A DNA stretch of 64,000 nucleotides from Clostridiales bacterium (lineage in GTDB: Bacteria > Bacillota > Clostridia > Christensenellales > CAG-138). The stretch is from NCBI GenBank assembly GCA_004558525.1, contig SFCQ01000014.1, positions 67,346 to 131,345 of the forward strand, in the 5' to 3' direction. Both the position numbers and the translations under genes were made by a program. The notes beneath the pieces are model-generated. The model ran no database searches and had not been told where the DNA came from. It saw only the letters and a program-made list of their open reading frames with translations. Shown piece after piece: positions 58,065 to 64,000 of this stretch (positions within the stretch are counted from its first letter, which is position 1; every line of letters starts with the position of its first letter).

Positions 58065-59237
58065 TTATTTTATGCCGCTTACGCGATCATAGTATTTTTC
58101 TATCTTTACCTCGGTCTTCCACTGTTCAAGAGCGTCCTTGTATATCTGGCTCTTTTCATCCTCGGTAAGCTTGTTGATTATAGCCTCCTTCACATCCTCA
58201 AAGGGAGTATCCTTGACTTCAGCATCGGAGGTATACTGTATGAAGTGATAGCCGGCCTCGGTCTCGACAGGCTCGCTGACGTCGCCTATGCTCTCAAGCG
58301 CAAGGGCTGCTTCCGCAAAGCCTTCATAGTATTTATCCACAATAGCCTCTGATATAGGATATCCGGTGGACTTATAAGGATCGCTCTGCATGCCCGGGTC
58401 CTCGCCGTAGTCGGCGACAAGGGTGTCAAAATCAACGCCGTCCGCAAGCTTGGCCTTGATTTCTTCGATTATCTTGTTGACGTCCTTAGTCTCGCCTTCA
58501 GCAGGCTTCTTGATGAGGATGTGCTTATAGAAGTGATATCCTTCCGCCACGGTAAGGGGAGCCATCTCATCGCTGCCGCTGATATAGGCGGTATAGTCGT
58601 CATAGTACTTGGCAGGGTTCTCGGAATACTCTGCCTTCTTCAGTATAAGCTGCTCGTCATAGTATTCCTGAGCCTGGACCTCGGTTATGTTCACGTCCTT
58701 ATAAAGGGTCTGCAAATACTTGTTGCCTATGGCGGTGTTGCGCACATCGTCCTCTATAAGCTGAAGATACTCGCTGTATATCCAACCGGCCTTCTTAAGG
58801 TCTGCCTTGAACAGCTTCTCCTCTTCCTTGCGCTTTTCAGCTTCGTCGGTTATAGAGGCATCCACCTTGTCGGCATAGCCCGCTATCATGCTTTCAAGCT
58901 GAGCCTTGTAGTCTTCCTGTACCTTGGCTTCCTCCTCCGCCGTAAGGGTCACGCCCTCTCTTTTAGCTATAACTACCGGCAGTGCGTTGTTGATAAGGTT
59001 ATTGAACACCTGATCCTGCATGCTGCGGAAAGCCTCTTGGGTAGAAACGTTGTAAAGCCCATACATCTGATAAACATAGGCAAGATAGTTGTAATTATTA
59101 TAGTAGGCGTTTACGCCTATGTCCATGTCGCCCACCTTCAGCACGGTATAGTTGGGATTGTTTACCGAGCAGGCGCAGAGCGCCGCCGCAACGGTCAGAG
59201 CCGCAAGGACAAGGGCAATGGTCTTAATGGTTCGCAT
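58065..59237 (-). CDS. PrsA/SurA-like peptidyl-prolyl isomerase lipoprotein
   Basis: Lipoprotein signal ...AALCAC, long helical chaperone-like regions and a parvulin-type segment (HILIKKP...GYHFIQY). Confidence 0.78.
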   Translation of the reverse strand: MRTIKTIALVLAALTVAAALCACSVNNPNYTVLKVGDMDIGVNAYYNNYNYLAYVYQMYGLYNVSTQEAFRSMQDQVFNNLINNALPVVIAKREGVTLTAEEEAKVQEDYKAQLESMIAGYADKVDASITDEAEKRKEEEKLFKADLKKAGWIYSEYLQLIEDDVRNTAIGNKYLQTLYKDVNITEVQAQEYYDEQLILKKAEYSENPAKYYDDYTAYISGSDEMAPLTVAEGYHFYKHILIKKPAEGETKDVNKIIEEIKAKLADGVDFDTLVADYGEDPGMQSDPYKSTGYPISEAIVDKYYEGFAEAALALESIGDVSEPVETEAGYHFIQYTSDAEVKDTPFEDVKEAIINKLTEDEKSQIYKDALEQWKTEVKIEKYYDRVSGIK

Positions 59238-59434
59238 TCTTCAAAAATCTCCTTTGTAATTCGCGCATTGGCCATAGCCACGCACGGATAAACTGTTTTT
59301 CTATTTTATCGCCCAAAGCCGCCTATGTCAACGCAAAAGCGGCCTTATGCTTACATTTGCCTTACAAATATATAAAAATGATGGAAAATCATTTTACTAT
59401 AGGTTATAATAGCATCAATAGGAGAGTGCAAAAT

Positions 59435-59968
59435 ATGCGGTATATACCAAACATACTTTCAACCATAAGGCTGCTGCTCGTAGGCGTGTTCATATTGCTG
59501 TTCAGCAAGACAAAATACCTTGCCTGCCTTATAGTGTTCATAACGGCTTTTTTGACCGATCTGCTGGACGGTTATCTTGCGCGCAGGAACAACTGGATAA
59601 GCGACCTTGGCAAGGTGCTTGATCCGCTTGCCGATAAATTGATGGTCATAGCGGCGTTTTCGTGCTTTTATTCCGTAGGCTGGCTGCCGCTTTACATGCT
59701 GCTCGCCGTGCTTATAAAAGAAGGCATAATGATAATAGGCGGCCTGCTTTTGTTCAGAAAAGAAGTGGTAGTGTATGCCGATTGGTACGGTAAGTTCGCC
59801 GCAGGCTTCTTCAACGCCGGCGTTGCGCTTACTCTTGCTAAAAACTTCTGGCCTTGGATAGGCGCATTGAACCTTATAGTAATAGGCATAGCGATAGTGC
59901 TTGCCATTATAGCGCTTTTCCACTACGCAAAGGTGCAGGTGTTCAATAGAGATAAAAAGGAATCGTGA
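59435..59968 (+). CDS. pgsA: CDP-diacylglycerol--glycerol-3-phosphate 3-phosphatidyltransferase
   Basis: CDP-alcohol phosphatidyltransferase motif DGYLARRNNWISDLGKVLDPLAD. I set the start at 59435 (AGGAG upstream). The ORF track starts at 59357. Confidence 0.88.
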   Translation: MRYIPNILSTIRLLLVGVFILLFSKTKYLACLIVFITAFLTDLLDGYLARRNNWISDLGKVLDPLADKLMVIAAFSCFYSVGWLPLYMLLAVLIKEGIMIIGGLLLFRKEVVVYADWYGKFAAGFFNAGVALTLAKNFWPWIGALNLIVIGIAIVLAIIALFHYAKVQVFNRDKKES

Positions 59969-60009
59969 TGCATCGCATATTTATCGGGCTGCCATACGCA
60001 GCCTGTTTG

Positions 60010-60207
60010 AGAGTGTCGAAAAAGTGGCTATTCGCCACTTTTTCGAGTTTTCACAGGTTTTGTCTCTCGCTCACGCTCCCGGGCGGCAAAAGTCGCAAGG
60101 TACAAAAACCTCTGGGTTTTCATCCGTTCTGACGTGCATGCCGTCAGAGCCGGAATCTGCTTAAGGGGCAGCCGTCCCTTAACAACCCCAGGGTTTTTCG
60201 ACAGGCT
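60010..60207 (+). repeat. structured intergenic repeat, copy 7 (full length)
   Basis: It runs from agagtgtcgaaaaagtggctattcgccactttttcgag... to ...gggtttttcgacaggct. It lies between pgsA and pth. Confidence 0.92.
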
Positions 60208-60336
60208 GCTGTTTTTTATGTCTTTTCTGCCTTGTGCGCAGGAAGGAATGGGTTTATAATTAGCTTTGCTACCCCCATGCTGAACGGCATGAGGGCATAG
60301 TTGCGTACAAAGAGAATAGTGCGGAGGCTTCTTAAT

Positions 60337-60984
60337 ATGTATATAATAGTCGGTTTAGGTAATCCGGGGCGCGAATATGCCGAAACAAGGCATAACATGG
60401 GCTATATGGCGCTTGACATACTTGCCGATAGGCATGGCATAGACATAAAGCGTGAAAACTTCAGGTGCGTGTTTGGCGAGGGCCGCATAGCCGGAGAGCG
60501 CGTGGTGCTTGCAAAGCCTATAACTTATATGAACAACTCAGGCTGGGCCGTGCGCGACCTTGTAAACTGGTACAAGACGGAAAACGACCAGCTTATCGTG
60601 ATATATGACGACATAGACCTTGCAGCCGGAGATATACGCATACGCGCCGCAGGCTCCTCCGGCTCTCACAACGGGATGAAGAGCGTTATATACCAGCTTG
60701 GCTTTGACGATTTTCCAAGAATACGCGTAGGCGTTGGCGCTCCGGAAGGCGGAATGGATCTTATAGCGCACGTTATGTCTATGCCTAAAGGCGATGATCT
60801 TGAAAAGATAAGAACCGCGCTGAATGAAGCTGCCAACGCTGCCGAGCTTATAGTTGCAGGCAGCATGGCCGAGGCGCAGATGCGCTTCAACAAAAAGCCC
60901 AGGCGCAAGAAGAAGGAAGAAGCCAAGGAGGCTGAGGAAGCAGCGCAGAGGAAGCCGCAGGAAAGCGAAGCCAAAGATGAGTGA
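60337..60984 (+). CDS. pth: peptidyl-tRNA hydrolase with a Lys/Glu-rich C-terminal extension
   Basis: MYIIVGLGNPGREYAETRHNMG, MNNSG and GHNG motifs. I set the start at 60337 (GGAGG 9 nt upstream). The ORF track starts at a TTG at 60301. Confidence 0.93.
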   Translation: MYIIVGLGNPGREYAETRHNMGYMALDILADRHGIDIKRENFRCVFGEGRIAGERVVLAKPITYMNNSGWAVRDLVNWYKTENDQLIVIYDDIDLAAGDIRIRAAGSSGSHNGMKSVIYQLGFDDFPRIRVGVGAPEGGMDLIAHVMSMPKGDDLEKIRTALNEAANAAELIVAGSMAEAQMRFNKKPRRKKKEEAKEAEEAAQRKPQESEAKDE

Positions 60985-63900
60985 ACATCAGCTTATAAAT
61001 ATACTCAATAATCACCCCGAGTATTGCCGTCTCAGGGAGGCGCTTGCAAAAGGTGAAGGCAGCGCGGCTGTTTTCGGGCTTGGGGAGGTGCATAGGCCAC
61101 ACATAGCGGCGGGGCTTTTTTGCCATACCGGCAGGACAGTGCTTACAGTCACGGCAAACGAGGCCTCCGCAGCAAGGATGCAGCAGGATATGGCCGCGTT
61201 TACGGATAGAGCATACCACCTTCCGGCGCGGGAGATGCCGCTTGGCGGCAAGGGCATAGCCTCATCCGCCGGAATAACCGCAAGAAGGCTGGAGCCTATA
61301 TGCGCGCTGCTAAACGGCGAAAGCATAGCAATAACCATATCCGCCGAGGCGCTTTTGCAGCGCATGACGCCGCCTGGCGCCATAAGCAAGGCAATGCGCA
61401 CATTATGCGTTGGCGACAAAGCGGAGCCGAGGGCGCTAATATCCGCGCTTGTCAGCGCAGGGTACGAAAGGGTGGATATGTGCGAAGGCAAGGGGCAGGC
61501 ATGCCTGCGCGGCGGCTACCTTGACGTGTTCCCGATAAGCATGGATAATCCTGTGCGCATAGAGTTTTTTGACGATGAGATCGACACCATGCGCACATAC
61601 GACCCGATAACGCAAAGATCCATTGAAAACATAAGCCGCTGCGTTATACCCCCGGCGACCGAGATGCCGCTGAGCGACGAAGCAAGGCAGCGCGGCATGA
61701 AGGCCCTTAGGAAAAAGGAGGGCATGAAGGAGGAATACGATCTCCTTTCAGAGGGCTGTGTTCCGCCCGGCGCGCAGATGCTTATGCCGCTTTTTTATCC
61801 TGAGGCCTATATAACGGACTACCTTCCGGAAAACGCGATAATACTTATAGACGAGCCGCAAAGGGTCGAGGAAAGCGCAAAGATAGCCTTTACCAGCCAC
61901 CTTGACAGGTTGGGCGCATACATACACGAGGGCACGGCGCTTGCCGAGCAGGCTGAGCTTATATGCCAGCCGTCGCACATGCTGCAAAGCCTGGATACGC
62001 CATACACAGCCATGCTTTTTGCATTGACAAGGACATACGGGCTTATCAAGCCAAAGTGCCTTTTCAGGTTTGAAACAAGGCCTATGGCAAAATACATAGG
62101 CAATACCCAGGCGCTCGCCACGGACCTTACGGCATGGCGAAAAGCAGGCACTACGGTGCTTATATACGCCGGCAGCCACGCAGCGCGGCTCGGCGACATG
62201 CTGAACGACGAAGGCGTTACCCTGGGCATAAGCAACTCTCTTGAAAGGGACATAGTTACAGGCGAGCAGCTCATATTGTCAGAAAGCATAACCCGCGGCT
62301 TTGAGTATCCGGAGCTTAGGCTAGCCGTTATAACGGAAAGCGAGCTTTACGGCTCGGAGGGCAGGAAGCAGCCCCCCTCCCACCGTAAAAAGCCCCAGCT
62401 TGTATTCAGCGAGCTTAGCGTGGGCGATCTTGTAGTGCATGAGCTGCACGGCATAGGCAGGTTCGTGGGCGTTGTAACGCTTAATGTCGCGGGGGTTTCA
62501 AGGGATTATCTGCACCTTGTCTACGCCGGCGGCGACAAGCTGTATATCCCGACGGATCAGCTTGACAGGGTGCAGAAATACATAGGCGGTGACGAGTCCG
62601 CCGCGCATCTATCGCACCTTGGCACGGGCGAATGGCAGCGCACGGTGAATAAAACGCGCGAAAGCGTAAAGAAGCTGGCATTCGACCTTGTAAGGCTATA
62701 TGGCGACAGGCTGCACAGAAAGGGCCACAGGTTCCCGCCCGATACGCTGTGGCAGAAAAGGCTTGAGGAGAGCTTCCCTTATCAGGAGACAACGGATCAG
62801 CTTTCAAGCATTGCCGAAATAAAGAAGGATATGGAAAGCGACCGCGTCATGGACCGCCTACTTTGCGGGGACGTTGGCTACGGCAAAACCGAGGTCGCCC
62901 TTAGAGCCGCATTCAAGGCGGTTATGGACAGCAAGCAGGTGGCCTTTCTCGTGCCTACGACCATACTTGCGCAGCAGCATTATAATACGCTCGCCGCAAG
63001 ATTTTCGGGCTTCCCGGTAAGCGTGGCGCTGCTTTCGCGCTTCAACACGCCGTCTGAAGAAGCAAGGGTTTTAGACGGGCTCCAAAAGGGAAGCATAGAT
63101 GTTGTGGTCGGTACGCATAAGCTGCTTTCAAAATCCGTAAGATTCAAGGATCTCGGACTTTTGATAGTTGACGAGGAGCAGCGCTTTGGCGTGGGCCACA
63201 AGGAGCAGATAAAGGAGATGCGCAAGGATGTTGACGCGCTTACCCTTTCCGCTACGCCCATACCGAGGACGCTGCATATGTCCATGACCGGCATAAGGGA
63301 TATGTCCGTTATAGAAACGCCGCCGGAGCAGCGCTATCCCGTGCAGACATATGTTATGGAGTACAGCGAGGCCGTGGCGCGAGAAGCCATTATGAAGGAG
63401 CTTGGCAGGGGCGGGCAGGTATTCTTTGTATACAACAACGTAAGGGGTATGGAAAGATTCTGCGAAGGCCTGCGCCAGCTCGTGCCTGAGGCGCGCATAG
63501 CCTATGCGCACGGCCAGATGAGCGAGCGCCAGCTTGAGCGCACCATGCTTGATTTTATGGAGCAGCAGTACGACGTGCTTTTATGCTCCACAATAATTGA
63601 AAGCGGCCTGGATATACCAAACGTAAACACGATAATAATATACGATGCCGACAAGATGGGCCTTGCCCAGCTATATCAGCTCAGAGGCCGCGTAGGCAGG
63701 GGTTCCCGCCTCGGCTACGCTTATCTAACATTTATGCGCGACAAGGTGCTTACGGAGATAGCGGAAAAGCGTCTTAGCGCGATAAGGGAATTCACTCAGT
63801 TTGGCGCAGGCTTCAAAATAGCCATGCGCGACCTTGAGATAAGGGGCGCAGGAAACCTTTTGGGTCCCGAGCAGCACGGTCACATGGCTGCCGTTGGCTA

Positions 63901-64000
63901 CGACCTGTACTGCAAGATAGTTGAAGGCGCAGTTAAGGAGGCAAAGGGCGAAAAGGAGCCGGTAAGGATAGACACGGTCGTCGATATACCAATACCTGCA
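60977..64000 (+). CDS. mfd: transcription-repair coupling factor Mfd (partial, continues past the window end)
   Basis: This frame is open from the ATG at 60977 to the window edge, so it is not in the ORF track. It has a UvrB-homology N-terminus, Walker A GDVGYGKTEVA, VDEEQRFGV and helicase motifs (GQVFFVYN and GRVGRG). It follows pth, as in Bacillus. Confidence 0.93.
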   Translation, partial: MSEHQLINILNNHPEYCRLREALAKGEGSAAVFGLGEVHRPHIAAGLFCHTGRTVLTVTANEASAARMQQDMAAFTDRAYHLPAREMPLGGKGIASSAGITARRLEPICALLNGESIAITISAEALLQRMTPPGAISKAMRTLCVGDKAEPRALISALVSAGYERVDMCEGKGQACLRGGYLDVFPISMDNPVRIEFFDDEIDTMRTYDPITQRSIENISRCVIPPATEMPLSDEARQRGMKALRKKEGMKEEYDLLSEGCVPPGAQMLMPLFYPEAYITDYLPENAIILIDEPQRVEESAKIAFTSHLDRLGAYIHEGTALAEQAELICQPSHMLQSLDTPYTAMLFALTRTYGLIKPKCLFRFETRPMAKYIGNTQALATDLTAWRKAGTTVLIYAGSHAARLGDMLNDEGVTLGISNSLERDIVTGEQLILSESITRGFEYPELRLAVITESELYGSEGRKQPPSHRKKPQLVFSELSVGDLVVHELHGIGRFVGVVTLNVAGVSRDYLHLVYAGGDKLYIPTDQLDRVQKYIGGDESAAHLSHLGTGEWQRTVNKTRESVKKLAFDLVRLYGDRLHRKGHRFPPDTLWQKRLEESFPYQETTDQLSSIAEIKKDMESDRVMDRLLCGDVGYGKTEVALRAAFKAVMDSKQVAFLVPTTILAQQHYNTLAARFSGFPVSVALLSRFNTPSEEARVLDGLQKGSIDVVVGTHKLLSKSVRFKDLGLLIVDEEQRFGVGHKEQIKEMRKDVDALTLSATPIPRTLHMSMTGIRDMSVIETPPEQRYPVQTYVMEYSEAVAREAIMKELGRGGQVFFVYNNVRGMERFCEGLRQLVPEARIAYAHGQMSERQLERTMLDFMEQQYDVLLCSTIIESGLDIPNVNTIIIYDADKMGLAQLYQLRGRVGRGSRLGYAYLTFMRDKVLTEIAEKRLSAIREFTQFGAGFKIAMRDLEIRGAGNLLGPEQHGHMAAVGYDLYCKIVEGAVKEAKGEKEPVRIDTVVDIPIPA

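Overview
This window looks like core chromosome from a spore-forming Firmicute, probably a Clostridia-type organism. That assignment is inferred from gene content and gene order. I call about 60 protein genes. Most are recognisable housekeeping genes arranged in classic Firmicute blocks:
- uvrB-uvrA
- nitroreductase, rex, reverse rubrerythrin, rubredoxin
- tRNA-Leu(UAA), cysK, cysE
- tig-clpP-clpX-lonB-lonA-engB
- mreB-mreC-mreD-PBP2-lgt-pncB
- an ABC ATPase/permease pair
- gerM-rdgB-ysnB
- rqcH, then a second type IIA topoisomerase pair (parE/parC-like)
- queA-tgt-tsaE-tsaB-rimI
- ridA, comEC-like, holA, rpsT, gpr-spoIIP
- a histidine kinase/response regulator pair, a PrsA-like foldase, pgsA, pth-mfd (mfd runs off the right edge)

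I found no rRNA, CRISPR array, prophage, transposase or recognisable defence island, and no multi-gene novel system that I can support.

The most unusual signal is non-coding. A 150-200 bp multi-hairpin repeat bounded by inverted termini occurs seven times in 64 kb. Every copy is intergenic, and most begin just after an intrinsic terminator.
- Two copies are internal deletion variants that each lack a block of the hairpin array.
- Hairpin pairing is preserved by different stem sequences in different copies.
- Two copies are bracketed by duplicated terminator hairpins.
- One copy sits at the junction of two truncated genes (ysnB-like and PadR-like).

Secondary observations:
- a relic of a rubrerythrin 3' end
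- a well-signalled Cys-rich 42-codon ORF upstream of tRNA-Leu and cysK-cysE
- a roughly 200-nt terminator-containing leader in front of an NCS2 permease
- a 16-bp perfect inverted repeat in the leader of the two-component operon
- several proteins with unusual tails

All product calls come from reading the supplied translations and from synteny. No database search was run.
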